In this document: positions 50,339 to 61,890 of the stretch, piece by piece
Numbering within the stretch: the first letter of the stretch is position 1
How the letters are laid out: every line of letters begins with the position of its first letter
Assembly (NCBI GenBank): GCA_036679605.1
Contig: JAZDCZ010000254.1
Location: 96,001 to 160,000 of the forward strand
From: Gemmatimonadota bacterium
GTDB taxonomy: Bacteria > Gemmatimonadota > Gemmatimonadetes > Gemmatimonadales > GWC2-71-9
DNA: 64,000 nucleotides
Reading direction: 5' to 3'
Translations under genes and position numbers: made by a program
The notes under the pieces: generated by a model
What the model was told of the DNA's origin: nothing
The model's input: the letters and a program-made list of their open reading frames with translations, nothing else
Database searches by the model: none

Positions 50339-51085
50339 TTGTGCCTCGCCGCCATCTGCATCACGCAAACCGGGTGCGGTTTTTCGGAAACCCTACTGGA
50401 GATCCGAGCCTTTAACAAGGACGGAACACCGCTGGCTGGACTTGAAGTCACAGCACTGCCATTTGACGCTCAGCGTTTGTTTGATTCGCTGGCTAACGTG
50501 GCCGGAACCGAGCGTCCCAGCTTTCCTGGATTGATGACGGAGCTGGAGTCTTATCGGAAGCCCGGAGAGGACCAGATGATACAGATCGCCGCCCCCTGGC
50601 GTATGACACGGGATAGTGTGGCGAAGCTGGCAGATTCATTGCGTCTGGTGTCACCCAAGTCCCCGGGCTATCGAGCCGCGTACAATCGGTTGGGGGAGCG
50701 GTACCGCCTCCTAGCCCAGCGGGCTGCTGAGCGGGACGCCAAGCTCAGGGAGCACATGGGCGACGACCGTGAGCTAGCTATTAGAGCGGCGGCGGCTGCA
50801 GACCGAATTAGGATATGGGAACGGGCAACTTACGCGGTGTTCGCCTCGCTGGCAGATTCAGCGGTCGCCGGCGCAGGAATTGACTGGCAACGTGGCGTGA
50901 CCGACAGCTCTGGGACCTTGCTTCTTAAGCTTGAGCCCGGAAAGTGGTGGCTCACCGCGACCCATCAGCATCGTAGCAATCCGTTCTGGGAGGACTATTG
51001 GAACGTGCCAATAGTGGTCCGCAGCATAGGACCAACGGTAGCGCCACTGTACATTGAGAACGTAGAAACCAGGTGGAGACATTGA
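50339..51085 (+). CDS. Hypothetical exported protein or lipoprotein
   Basis: Hydrophobic N-terminus with TGC/G; beta segments flanking a helical insert; start uncertain. Confidence 0.65.
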   Translation: MCLAAICITQTGCGFSETLLEIRAFNKDGTPLAGLEVTALPFDAQRLFDSLANVAGTERPSFPGLMTELESYRKPGEDQMIQIAAPWRMTRDSVAKLADSLRLVSPKSPGYRAAYNRLGERYRLLAQRAAERDAKLREHMGDDRELAIRAAAAADRIRIWERATYAVFASLADSAVAGAGIDWQRGVTDSSGTLLLKLEPGKWWLTATHQHRSNPFWEDYWNVPIVVRSIGPTVAPLYIENVETRWRH

Positions 51086-51834
51086 GCGATCATAGGGTAG
51101 AGGAAACCCATTCTGAGCCGCAAGACCGCGACGCGCGAACAAGCGTGAAGAGAACCAGATTCATTCCGTTTATCGCAGTCGTTCTCGCCGTGGCTGCGGG
51201 TACGGGCTGGGCCATAGCCAGTCGTTCGGGGGAAACTAACGTGCCTGCCGGTGAGCCCGCACTCACCTCCCAAGGCCAGCCCGACCCGCTAATAAGCCAA
51301 CGCACCATTGGTGACGATGACGCTCCGATTACGATCTACGAGGCAAGTGATTTTCAATGCCCGTACTGTCGCGTGTTTTGGGAGGAAACACTTCCGCAGA
51401 TCAAACGGGAGTACGTCGAATCCGGCAAAGCACGAATCATATTTTTGAACTTCCCCATACCGCAGCTACATGCGAACGCCGCGGCGGCCCATGAGTTCGC
51501 GATGTGTGCGGCGGCACAGGACCGGTTCTGGCGGATTCACGATTTGCTGTATGAGCATCAGGCACAGTGGGAAGAACTCGACCAGCCGCAATCATTTTTT
51601 ATGACTTTGGCAGATTCAGCGCACCTCAACCGAGATTCGGTCACCACTTGCGTGGAGCAAGGGGCTCAGCGCTGGTTGGTCCGGCAAGAAGCTCAGGCAA
51701 TCGCGCAGAGTGGGGTTACCAGCACCCCATCGTTCATCATAGAGGGAGGCCTGCTAAAAGGTGCGGCTCCGATCGACGCCTGGCGCCCTCTTCTGGACTC
51801 GCTGTTTCAGGCTAAGACGAAGAAGAAGAACTAA
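51073..51834 (+). CDS. DsbA-family thiol-disulfide oxidoreductase
   Basis: TM anchor, SDFQCPYC, GVTSTPSF (cis-Pro loop); start may be GTG 51146. Confidence 0.9.
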   Translation: METLSDHRVEETHSEPQDRDARTSVKRTRFIPFIAVVLAVAAGTGWAIASRSGETNVPAGEPALTSQGQPDPLISQRTIGDDDAPITIYEASDFQCPYCRVFWEETLPQIKREYVESGKARIIFLNFPIPQLHANAAAAHEFAMCAAAQDRFWRIHDLLYEHQAQWEELDQPQSFFMTLADSAHLNRDSVTTCVEQGAQRWLVRQEAQAIAQSGVTSTPSFIIEGGLLKGAAPIDAWRPLLDSLFQAKTKKKN

Positions 51835-52558
51835 GCAGAGTCAAACCGATATCGTATAGGGCGTGGGTCCACGCTGCAATCCCGAATCCGCGAGCCACAT
51901 ATAGTCCGCTCAGGATCACGCCGGCAACTGCCCTGTACGCAAACGACGGGATAGTAAATTCATCTCCCAACGAGCCTACGTAGTGAAATGAGCTAAACAC
52001 GAGGGCGCTACCTAAAACTGCCACCGTAATAGACACCGGGCGACTCCACGCCAAGCGCGCACCGACGGCGACCAGCCCACCGACGAGCAGCACTCTGAAC
52101 AGCAGCTCCTCATAGATTCCCGCGCCTAGAGACACAACCAACTGCGAGCCCAGTGATAGTTGCTCGGCGCCACCCTGGACGGCATAGAGCGGCGATTGTA
52201 ACAACCAGGACGTGAGCAGCGAGACCGTACTCCCAAGCATTGCGGCGTACAGCAAGCTCTCTGCGAACATCCCGGCAAAGATTCGGGATTTGACCCCACC
52301 TTCATTTCGCCGCCGATCACGCCAAACAAACCACCCACCGATGCCCAAGAGCAGGACATCGAAGACTAGCAGTCCGTTCCGCCCGCCCAACGAAACGAAC
52401 AGGGTCTTGAGAAGTACGTCCGCCCCGTTTCGAACTCCCGCAAACGCTGACTGCGATGAGACTGCTGCAAGGACCTCGTACAGCAGTAGGAGCGGAACCG
52501 CGAACATGATGCTGTATCGCGGCTCTCGGGTTGCTTTCAGGTATACTCGTAGCGACAT
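51812..52558 (-). CDS. CPBP (CAAX protease/Abi) intramembrane metalloprotease
   Basis: GIYEELLFR, FSSFHY, HALYD; multiple TM segments. Confidence 0.9.
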   Translation of the reverse strand: MSLRVYLKATREPRYSIMFAVPLLLLYEVLAAVSSQSAFAGVRNGADVLLKTLFVSLGGRNGLLVFDVLLLGIGGWFVWRDRRRNEGGVKSRIFAGMFAESLLYAAMLGSTVSLLTSWLLQSPLYAVQGGAEQLSLGSQLVVSLGAGIYEELLFRVLLVGGLVAVGARLAWSRPVSITVAVLGSALVFSSFHYVGSLGDEFTIPSFAYRAVAGVILSGLYVARGFGIAAWTHALYDIGLTLLSSSSSS

Positions 52559-52582
52559 GGAATCAAATCTATAACATTCAGT

Positions 52583-53836
52583 ATGGTTAATATCGCCTAC
52601 CGATGCGCCGCCCGCGTTCTTCACCGTGTGCCGCTCCCAAGCAGCAAGCTGGCAACCAGCATCGCCGGACGTAAACAGGCGAGTCTACGGTGGCGCGAAT
52701 GGGCTGCAAAGCACCGTACGGACGAACCCTTGGTTTGGGTTCACGCAGCTTCAGTCGGCGAGAGCTTGAGCGCTGACCCTGTGCTTCGGCGTCTCAAGCA
52801 AGTTCATCCAGAATTCCAGATCGTGCACACATACTCGTCTCCCTCCGTGGCCGAGTGGCCCGGAGAGCTGTGTGCCGACCGGTCCGACTACGTGCCGTTG
52901 GACGAGCCTGGCGTCACGGCGAATACGCTCGACGCATTGAGGCCGGCGCTGATGGTGTACTCACGCGGCGATCTCTGGCCCGAACTCACGGTCCAGGCGG
53001 CCGCCAGAGCGGTTCCCATCGCAGTGATTGCCGGTGAGGTACGAGGAGACAGTCGTCGTCTGTCATGGCGGTCGAGCAGTGTGATCCGACGGCCTCTTGA
53101 ACGCGTCAATTGGCTGGGTGCAGTGTCTGAGGTTGATGCTAGCCGTTGGAAGACCATGGGAGTCGCGGAAGATTCGATAAGCATTTCCGGCGATACCAGA
53201 CACGACCAGGTCATCGAGCGCATTGCCTGCCTAGCTCCGCTTGCACGACTCATGGATGGCAGACCAACATTGGTGGCTGGTAGCACGGACTCTCGAGATA
53301 CCGGCGTGTTACTTGACGCTCTCCAAGAACTGCTGCGACATACTCCGTCGCTCCGTTTGCTGATGGCTCCGCATCGACTGGAGCCGCGTATCGTGCAGCG
53401 AACGTTGACTCAGGCTCGAAAGCTCGGCGTTACGTCTGGTGAATGGCAAGTTGATGATGAGGCACCTAGATCCAGCTTGGTAATCATCACGTCGTACGGA
53501 CTGCTGGCAGATCTCTACTCGCTGGCCGACGTGGCCTATGCTGGGGGCGGGTTCCGAAAGAAGGGACTGCACAACGTTTTGGAACCTGCTGCATTCGGCG
53601 TTCCTGTCATCGTGGGACCCGAGTACAGACATTATCGCGACGCCGAAATGCTGGTCAGTGCCGGGGGAGCGACCTCGCTACCGCGGCAGTCGCCGACTCA
53701 GCACCTCGTGAAGCAATTGCAAAATTGGATAGAAGATCCATCACGGCGCACTGCGGCAGGGCTCGCCGCGCGAGGTACGTTGGAGGAAGGTGCGGCTGAA
53801 ACTACGGCGCGGGCGTTGCTGGCGCTCATCGAGTAG
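52583..53836 (+). CDS. waaA: Kdo transferase
   Basis: WVHAASVGE, YVPLD, GDTRHD, VAGST, APH, HNVLEPAAFG. Confidence 0.88.
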   Translation: MVNIAYRCAARVLHRVPLPSSKLATSIAGRKQASLRWREWAAKHRTDEPLVWVHAASVGESLSADPVLRRLKQVHPEFQIVHTYSSPSVAEWPGELCADRSDYVPLDEPGVTANTLDALRPALMVYSRGDLWPELTVQAAARAVPIAVIAGEVRGDSRRLSWRSSSVIRRPLERVNWLGAVSEVDASRWKTMGVAEDSISISGDTRHDQVIERIACLAPLARLMDGRPTLVAGSTDSRDTGVLLDALQELLRHTPSLRLLMAPHRLEPRIVQRTLTQARKLGVTSGEWQVDDEAPRSSLVIITSYGLLADLYSLADVAYAGGGFRKKGLHNVLEPAAFGVPVIVGPEYRHYRDAEMLVSAGGATSLPRQSPTQHLVKQLQNWIEDPSRRTAAGLAARGTLEEGAAETTARALLALIE

Positions 53837-53864
53837 GTGACTGTTGGGAACAGTGATGGGTGAA

Positions 53865-53918
53865 TGGGGAGTTGGGAGTGGGGAGTGGGACGTGTCACTC
53901 CCTACTCCCAACTCCCCA
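53865..53918. repeat. 23-bp inverted repeat built from GGGAGTN heptamers between convergent genes
   Basis: TGGGGAGTTGGGAGTGGGGAGTG-N8-CACTCCCTACTCCCAACTCCCCA with one G-T pair. Confidence 0.85.
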
Positions 53919-53937
53919 CTCCCTAGTCCCCTATAAC

Positions 53938-54675
53938 TCAGAGCACCCCGCCCGGAATCCCCAGGCTCGGCACGTTGAACTTGTAGTGAATTCCAAAACC
54001 GAAGACGACTGGCGACTCGCTCATTCCCAACACATTATCTATCGTCATCCAGTCTACTGCAGCGTGGAACCCCAGGCCCATGGGTAGGCCGAGATTAACG
54101 CCCCCCGAGACACCAAATCCGGTCTTTGTTTCATCGAAGTTAGTGCCCACCCCCGTGCTGCGAACATTGCGAATGTGAATGCGAGGGGCGATCCATGGCT
54201 CGAACGACACACTGGGGTTGGGAACGTTGATCCCTAAACCCACGCCGATCGGTACATCCAGTATCTTGAATTCTGGGAACGCTCCCACCGCATCAAACTT
54301 TACATACCCAACACCGGCCTGCAGATCGACCACGACCGGCGTCATCGGGGCCTTGAAAAGCGTAAGCGCAAGGTTTCCTCCCAACGCGACTTCCGTATCG
54401 AGCGGGCCCTTGGGATCCACAATGCTTATGCCAGCCGTAATCGTGACCACCGGCAGCCCAAGTGTTATGTGGCCGCCATAAGCCACCGGTGTCTCACCAG
54501 CCACCAGTTTGGCATCATCGTTGGCGCCGATACCAATATCGGCCCCAAGAGTGACTCCGGTTCCGTGACCTGGGTTATGGTACACGGGCTGGTTGAAGAT
54601 CTGTGCAGATGCAGAGGCCACTGACACTGCAAACGCCATCGACACAACGAAAAAAACGGCGACTACTCTTTTCAT
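53938..54675 (-). CDS. Outer-membrane beta-barrel-like protein
   Basis: Signal peptide ASA-Q; alternating amphipathic strands; FGIHYKF near the C-terminus. Confidence 0.75.
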   Translation of the reverse strand: MKRVVAVFFVVSMAFAVSVASASAQIFNQPVYHNPGHGTGVTLGADIGIGANDDAKLVAGETPVAYGGHITLGLPVVTITAGISIVDPKGPLDTEVALGGNLALTLFKAPMTPVVVDLQAGVGYVKFDAVGAFPEFKILDVPIGVGLGINVPNPSVSFEPWIAPRIHIRNVRSTGVGTNFDETKTGFGVSGGVNLGLPMGLGFHAAVDWMTIDNVLGMSESPVVFGFGIHYKFNVPSLGIPGGVL

Positions 54676-54749
54676 GACAAACTCCTTGGTTGAATGCTCC
54701 CTTTGCGCTTTGTGGGAACGGCTCGCAAATGAAGTTTCACTGCAACTGG

Positions 54750-55382
54750 CTACCGGATCCAGACGGCACTCACCGATATGCCCTGAACGTCGCCCAGACC
54801 AAGACTCAGGCGGGCACCGAACCTCGTGCTGAGTTGAACATCCGCACCAAACCCAAGCGCGATCGCCACGTCGAGGTCCTGACCGTCGCCTGCCGTGAGA
54901 AAGACTGTAGGCTGAGCAAAGGGCACTATACTCACGATCGATTCTTCTGCGTTGAACCTTCGCCCCACCGAAAGCCCGACAGGTACAACGAGTGTCGTAA
55001 AGTTCGAGACAAACTGCCCTCCGATGCCTGCTATCAAAGCACCGTCGAGCGGGAACTCCTCCGAACGCGTCAAAACCTGTTTTCGAACTGAGACACCTGT
55101 AAGGAAAACTACATCGCCCGGCCGGTCTCGATCAAACACTCCTCCACGTATCTCCACATCCAGTTCCTTGGTGGCGAATCCATAATGACCCTCTAGAGCC
55201 ACCCCATCGCCCCCGATCGGCCCACCTCCCTTATCGGGAAAACTCAGGGTTCCGCCAAATTCGTAGCGGGTGAACGATCTATATGGAGATGTAAAGGTCG
55301 GCAGGCCCGTGGATTGCGCGACCGAGTGAGACGCGGCAGCAAAGACGAGCACAATTGTAATGACGGCAGATCTATGATCCAC
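54750..55382 (-). CDS. Outer-membrane beta-barrel-like protein
   Basis: GTG 55382 overlapping the atpC end; signal peptide SVA-Q; C-terminal ISVSAVWIR strand. Confidence 0.7.
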   Translation of the reverse strand: MDHRSAVITIVLVFAAASHSVAQSTGLPTFTSPYRSFTRYEFGGTLSFPDKGGGPIGGDGVALEGHYGFATKELDVEIRGGVFDRDRPGDVVFLTGVSVRKQVLTRSEEFPLDGALIAGIGGQFVSNFTTLVVPVGLSVGRRFNAEESIVSIVPFAQPTVFLTAGDGQDLDVAIALGFGADVQLSTRFGARLSLGLGDVQGISVSAVWIR

Positions 55383-55628
55383 TCGTCTCCTCCGCATGTT
55401 CGGCGATCACGCTCACAACGTCGTCAAGAACTTGCAAAAAACCGCCCCTGACGTCGAAAGTCCTAGCCGAAGTACCCTCGCTCACACGGAGCGTTCCGTC
55501 ACCCAACAGCGTCATAAACGGCGCGTGCCGTGGCAATATGCCTACCTCACCGTCATATGCCGGAGCGACAACGGCAGTGGCGTCGCCGTCGAAAACAGAT
55601 TTCTCGGGCGAGATGATCGTGACATGCA

Positions 55629-55629
<1 letters not shown>
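55372..55629 (-). CDS. atpC: ATP synthase F1 epsilon (short, 85 aa)
   Basis: IISPE, GEVGILPRHAP, VRGGFLQV. Confidence 0.93.
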
Positions 55630-57056
<1,427 letters not shown>

Positions 57057-57959
57057 TCATCCTGAAAGAGCCTCGGCTCCTCCGACTATTTCGGCCAATT
57101 CTTGCGTGATCTGTGCCTGCCGTGCCCGATTGTAGCTGCGGCGCAACCGGTCCAAGATATCTCCGGCGTTGTCCGTTGCGTTCTTCATCGCTGTCCGCCG
57201 AGCACCCTGTTCCGACGCGGCCGTCTCAACTAGCGCACGGTAGAAAGCGTTTCGGACATACAGCGGAAGCACCGCACCAACGATCTCCTCCGCAGACGGG
57301 CGTAAGATATAGTTGGCAGTTCCACTAGCTGAATCTTCGACGGTCGGTTGATCTTCGCCTTCCCATTCACCGGGGGACTTGATCGGGAGAATCGGCATGA
57401 GTCTTGGCGGCGTTGACAGCGGAGTAATGAATTTCGCAAACACCACCTCCACGCCGTCCAGCTCTCCCTTGGCGAATGACTCGATGAGAGGTTCCATGAT
57501 CTCCACCGCATGGCTCGCGGACGGCCGATCGCCAACATCGTCCCTCGCAGACGCCAACTGCCGACCGATATACCTGAAGTATTGGATGCCTTTGCGACCT
57601 ACCCCGTGGAGGTCCACCTCAGTTCCCCGCTCCTCCAACTCAGCGACACGGGCCTTGGCCTCTCTGATCAAATTTCCATTGAATGCACCGCACAGTCCAC
57701 GATTGCTCGTAATCAGGATCAGCGCGACCCGAGACTGGCCGCCCTTCGGCTGGCGTAACAGAGCGAAGCGGTCAACCAATTCAGGCGAATAGAGATTTGA
57801 GATTACCGAACGCAATGCTTCGGCATACGGCCGCGCCGCCACCACCCTGTCTCGAGCCCGCTTCAGTCGCGACGTGGCGATCATCTCCATCGTGCGGGTG
57901 ATCTGACTGGTGTTCTCTACCGACTTTATGCGGCGGCGCAGCTCACGAGGTTTGGCCAT
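57057..57959 (-). CDS. atpG: ATP synthase F1 gamma
   Basis: RIKSVENTSQITRTM, RGLCGAFN, AMKNATDNA, RQAQITQELAEIVGG. Confidence 0.97.
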   Translation of the reverse strand: MAKPRELRRRIKSVENTSQITRTMEMIATSRLKRARDRVVAARPYAEALRSVISNLYSPELVDRFALLRQPKGGQSRVALILITSNRGLCGAFNGNLIREAKARVAELEERGTEVDLHGVGRKGIQYFRYIGRQLASARDDVGDRPSASHAVEIMEPLIESFAKGELDGVEVVFAKFITPLSTPPRLMPILPIKSPGEWEGEDQPTVEDSASGTANYILRPSAEEIVGAVLPLYVRNAFYRALVETAASEQGARRTAMKNATDNAGDILDRLRRSYNRARQAQITQELAEIVGGAEALSG

Positions 57960-57968
57960 ATCTCGCCG

Positions 57969-59504
57969 TTACCTCATCGCCGCGTAATCTTCGATCGCCT
58001 TTCGAAGCCGCCCTTCTAAGTCGTCATCCAACTGCCTCTTGGTACGAATGTCGTTGAGCACGTCCTCGTGCTTCGCATTGAGATACTGGTAGAGTTCCTC
58101 TTCCCATGTGGGCACCTCACCGACGTCCACCTCGTCAAGGAAACCGTTCGTCACGGCAAAAATGATCGTAATCTGATTTTCTACGGACTCGGGTGAGTAC
58201 TGCAGCTGCTTCAAAACTTCCACGATGCGAGATCCCCTGGCGAGTTGGCGCTGGGTTGCCTCATCCAAGTCCGAGCCAAACTGTGCGAACGCCTCGAGTT
58301 CACGATACTGCGCGTACTCCAGACGCAACCGGCCGGCCACCTGCTTCATCGCCTTGATCTGGGCGTTGCCCCCAACACGGGAAACAGAAATACCGGGGTT
58401 GATTGCCGGTCGAATATTTGAGTAGAACAGGTCGGTTTCCAGAAAAATCTGGCCGTCTGTTATCGAGATTACGTTGGTCGGGATGTAGGCCGATACATCA
58501 CCCGCTTGAGTTTCGATGATAGGGAGAGCGGTCAACGAGCCGCCTCCCTCGGCGTCCGACAATTTCGCTGCACGTTCCAGCAGACGCGAGTGCAGATAGA
58601 AAACATCGCCCGGATAGGCCTCGCGCCCCGGAGGCCGCCGCAACACCAGTGACATCTGCCGGTACGCCTGAGCATGTTTTGACAGATCGTCGTAAACGCA
58701 GAGTGTGGACCCACCCTCACCGTACATGAAGTACTCGGCCATGGCACAACCGGCGTAGGGAGCAATGAACTGCATGGGAGCCGGATCTGAAGCGCTGGCC
58801 ACCACCGCAATCGTGTAGTCCATGGCTCCGTGTTCCTTGAGCCGCTCCACCACCGCCGCCACAGTAGAGTTCTTCTGGCCGATCGCCACGTAGACGCAGA
58901 TGACCTTCTCTCTCTTCTGGTTGATGATGGTATCTACCGCGATCGCGGTCTTGCCCGTGCCACGGTCGCCGATGATGAGTTCGCGCTGGCCTCTTCCGAT
59001 CGGAATCATGGAGTCCACGGCCTTGATCCCAGTCTGGAGCGGCTCCTTCACCGGCTGCCGCGCGATGATTCCCGGCGCCTGGGATTCGAGCTTCCTGAAC
59101 TGGTCGGTCTTTACCGGTCCCAGGCCATCGATCGGGTTGCCCAGAGGATCGACCACCCGCCCAACCATGGCTGGGCCGACCGGCACCTCGAGTACGCGGG
59201 CCGTGCGCCGCACTTCATCGCCTTCGCGCAACTGAAGAAAATCGCCCAACACGACGGCGCCCAGATTGTCCTCCTCCAGATTGAGCGCCAAGCCAGTGAT
59301 GGTATTTCCGGTTTCGGAGACGGAGAACTCCAACATCTCTCCGGCCATTGCCGAGCCCAACCCATAGATGCGGGCTATGCCATCTTTAACCTCGAGCACC
59401 GTGCCGACTTCCTGGGTGTCGAGCGCCTTGAGATCGGCAGCTTCTATCTCTTTGAGGAGAACATCTTTCAGTTCACCGGGCCGGAGGATCGAATCTGTAG
59501 TCAT
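57969..59504 (-). CDS. atpA: ATP synthase F1 alpha
   Basis: [37 protein letters not shown]. Confidence 0.98.
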   Translation of the reverse strand: MTTDSILRPGELKDVLLKEIEAADLKALDTQEVGTVLEVKDGIARIYGLGSAMAGEMLEFSVSETGNTITGLALNLEEDNLGAVVLGDFLQLREGDEVRRTARVLEVPVGPAMVGRVVDPLGNPIDGLGPVKTDQFRKLESQAPGIIARQPVKEPLQTGIKAVDSMIPIGRGQRELIIGDRGTGKTAIAVDTIINQKREKVICVYVAIGQKNSTVAAVVERLKEHGAMDYTIAVVASASDPAPMQFIAPYAGCAMAEYFMYGEGGSTLCVYDDLSKHAQAYRQMSLVLRRPPGREAYPGDVFYLHSRLLERAAKLSDAEGGGSLTALPIIETQAGDVSAYIPTNVISITDGQIFLETDLFYSNIRPAINPGISVSRVGGNAQIKAMKQVAGRLRLEYAQYRELEAFAQFGSDLDEATQRQLARGSRIVEVLKQLQYSPESVENQITIIFAVTNGFLDEVDVGEVPTWEEELYQYLNAKHEDVLNDIRTKRQLDDDLEGRLRKAIEDYAAMR

Positions 59505-59555
59505 GGACGACGCCGCAGTTCCTTGCTGAACATGTGAATTATGATTACCAAAAGG

Positions 59556-59573
59556 TTGTGAAAAATATCACAA
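59556..59573. promoter_or_regulatory. Rex- or CRP/FNR-type operator upstream of atpAGDC
   Basis: TTGTGAAAAATATCACAA (TTGTGA-N6-TCACAA) in an AT-rich patch 51 nt before the atpA ATG. Confidence 0.7.
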
Positions 59574-59627
59574 AGAGCGCACCCGGCAACCCGCAACCGT
59601 CTATTGCGCTCATCCCCATCTGACCCG

Positions 59628-60395
59628 CTAGACTCTCGACCTAGTTCTACCTCTAGTGAATCGGCGCAACACACCACCTGGCCCCAACTCCGCCAGGATC
59701 CGTGGAGTCACGCCCGCCACCCGTCGTGCAGTCCCAGCCAGGTGGCTGGCGGAGGACAGGCCGAGGATCGAAGCGACCGTGCCGACGGTGTAACCGGGGT
59801 TCCGCAGCAAATCGGCCGCCCATACCGCACACACCAGGTCGATTACTCGCTTGAGGTTGGGTGCGCCACCGGCCCCGAACTCACGAGACAAATGCTCGCG
59901 AGTTCTGTTCAGACTTTCCGCCACATCCGCCGTTCGGGTTGGGGTTCCGACACGATCCAGCACGACATGCCACGCATCCATCTGTAGCGGCTCGCTCAGT
60001 CTAAACAACCTCGGCGCTTCCCTAAGCGCCTCCCTCCTCACGCTACTCGCTGACCGTGCCGAGATGATCTCTCCCGCCGCCGCGTCATCGACGCCCTGTA
60101 CTATGATGCCCCTTACCCCCATTTCCAAACACGCCACCAGGAGTCGCCCGTCGTCCGGCCGAAAGGGACTCATCGCGAACACTGGAATGCCCGGATACTT
60201 GCCGGCAAGCAACGAGAGCAGATCGACGCCATGGGTGCGTACGTCAATCACCACGGCATCGACCAGTTCACTCTGCAACAGCGATTCGATGCGGCCCGGA
60301 CTGCGGCACAGCCTGACCCTAACTCCGCGCGGCAATCCCCTCCTTATCGCTGTGCGTAGGGCAGCATCGCGGTGCATCACCGAAACGACAGCCAA
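59628..60395 (-). CDS. AraC-type HTH regulator with a receiver-like N-terminal domain
   Basis: DAVVIDV and PVFAMS receiver-like strands; ADVAESLNRTREHLSREF and VASILGLSSASHL HTH pair. Confidence 0.75.
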   Translation of the reverse strand: MAVVSVMHRDAALRTAIRRGLPRGVRVRLCRSPGRIESLLQSELVDAVVIDVRTHGVDLLSLLAGKYPGIPVFAMSPFRPDDGRLLVACLEMGVRGIIVQGVDDAAAGEIISARSASSVRREALREAPRLFRLSEPLQMDAWHVVLDRVGTPTRTADVAESLNRTREHLSREFGAGGAPNLKRVIDLVCAVWAADLLRNPGYTVGTVASILGLSSASHLAGTARRVAGVTPRILAELGPGGVLRRFTRGRTRSRV

Positions 60396-60403
60396 ATTAT
60401 CTC

Positions 60404-60865
60404 TCAGTCGGGGGAACCCGCCTCGGAGTAGCGTTTGGAAACTTCTTCACCTGCTTTTTCAAGAATCTTTCTGGCATTGTCGTACGAGATGTTCTTGACG
60501 GCATCGGGATATGCGTACCACCGGCAAGCGGTTATCCCCTCTTCCAACTGCGGCACTGCCGGACCCGAGGGCGACTCAAACAAGAAAAAGTGACAATACT
60601 TATGGATCAACTGACCACGGAAACGAAAAAACCAGTCGATGACCCCCAGAGGACCGAGTGGGATCAACTCCGTAAGACCAGTTTCTTCTCCCGCCTCACG
60701 GAGTGCCGCTTCATCAGCACTCTCACCGGTATTCAAGTGACCCTTGGGGAAACCCCAGTTCTTGTAGGAATCATTTATCAACAGAAACTTGGGCCCCTCC
60801 GCAAAGCTCCGGAACACCACTCCGCCTGCGCTAGTCTCCTTCTTGGCTCGTGCCGATTCTCCCAT
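60404..60865 (-). CDS. NUDIX hydrolase (Ap4A hydrolase-like)
   Basis: SAGGVVF, WGFPKGH, GES...AALREAGEETG. Confidence 0.9.
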   Translation of the reverse strand: MGESARAKKETSAGGVVFRSFAEGPKFLLINDSYKNWGFPKGHLNTGESADEAALREAGEETGLTELIPLGPLGVIDWFFRFRGQLIHKYCHFFLFESPSGPAVPQLEEGITACRWYAYPDAVKNISYDNARKILEKAGEEVSKRYSEAGSPD

Positions 60866-61890
60866 TAGAAGACCGAGAATTTGAAGTACTTGCGCGGGTT
60901 CGCCTTGATGTCTGCAATCAGGTCACGCAACTGAACCACTGCGTTGGTGGATTCGATGTATAGAGTTGAATCTCCAAACAGGAGTCCCAACGTTCCCGTC
61001 ATGTTCTGGAGGCGTGTCATTATTGAATCGGCTCCCACCAGAACGCGAACGAAACTCGCCTGGTTATCCTGAGCCGCCGCTACCAGTGCGCGGACATTGC
61101 TGAGAGCAGCCTTCATTTCGGCCGATGACTCCTGGAGATTCGTTATAATAGAGTCCAGCTTGCCGTCGCTCGTAGCAGTATCCACGCGCAAGAGCGTCCG
61201 TTCCAACATGATAGCGGCGCTCTCAACGGCATTGGAGCTTTGGCGAATACTTGCAGTCACCTCTCCCAAAACTACCGTCTGCTGTTCGGTGAATCTCGTC
61301 AGAGTATCGGCTATGCGCCCAACATCCCGTATCGACCGCTGAACGTCCAGCACCGTCTGCGAATCGAACGCGGTCGTGATGCGGTTGGAGAACGTGGCTA
61401 TGTCGGTGGCGATGCGGCCTGCCTGCGCAGTCAGCTGGCCGATGTCCGGCAAAGTGGCGCCGGGCCAAACGTCACCTCCCTCCGCCGCAGCCGCCTCTAT
61501 ATCACGCACAACGGTCGGATCGTCCGGCAGATTATCCATGCTGACTATTTCGACCTGCCACTCTCCAAACAGGGAGGCCGACGCCGCTATTATGGCTGGG
61601 TCCTCCGGAATGAGCGACCTATTCACCCAGTCCTCGTAGATCTGCAGTTGGGCTTCCACCCACTCAGTACTCCCCTGGAGGATGTCGATCGATAGCACCC
61701 GCCCGACGCGTACGCCGCGGAGTACGACCGGGTTGTTCACGCCCAACCCACCGACCGTGCGAAACCGGACCGTCTGGATCAGACCCTTGGATCCGAGCTG
61801 CGTCTGCGACAGCCAAAGCCCACCCAGCGACACTACTGCAAGGGCAAAAAAGATCGTCGCACCAACAATCAATTCGTCGCGTCGTCTCAT
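60865..61890 (-). CDS. mlaD: MlaD/MCE-domain protein with helical C-terminus
   Basis: TM anchor, GGLGVNNPVVLRGVRVGRV, SLFGE, GTLGLLF, NPRKYFKFSVF. Confidence 0.88.
   Translation of the reverse strand: MRRRDELIVGATIFFALAVVSLGGLWLSQTQLGSKGLIQTVRFRTVGGLGVNNPVVLRGVRVGRVLSIDILQGSTEWVEAQLQIYEDWVNRSLIPEDPAIIAASASLFGEWQVEIVSMDNLPDDPTVVRDIEAAAAEGGDVWPGATLPDIGQLTAQAGRIATDIATFSNRITTAFDSQTVLDVQRSIRDVGRIADTLTRFTEQQTVVLGEVTASIRQSSNAVESAAIMLERTLLRVDTATSDGKLDSIITNLQESSAEMKAALSNVRALVAAAQDNQASFVRVLVGADSIMTRLQNMTGTLGLLFGDSTLYIESTNAVVQLRDLIADIKANPRKYFKFSVF

Noticed and set aside
53860..53932. CRISPR array
   Set aside because: Units are 7 nt without unique spacers, and no cas genes are present.
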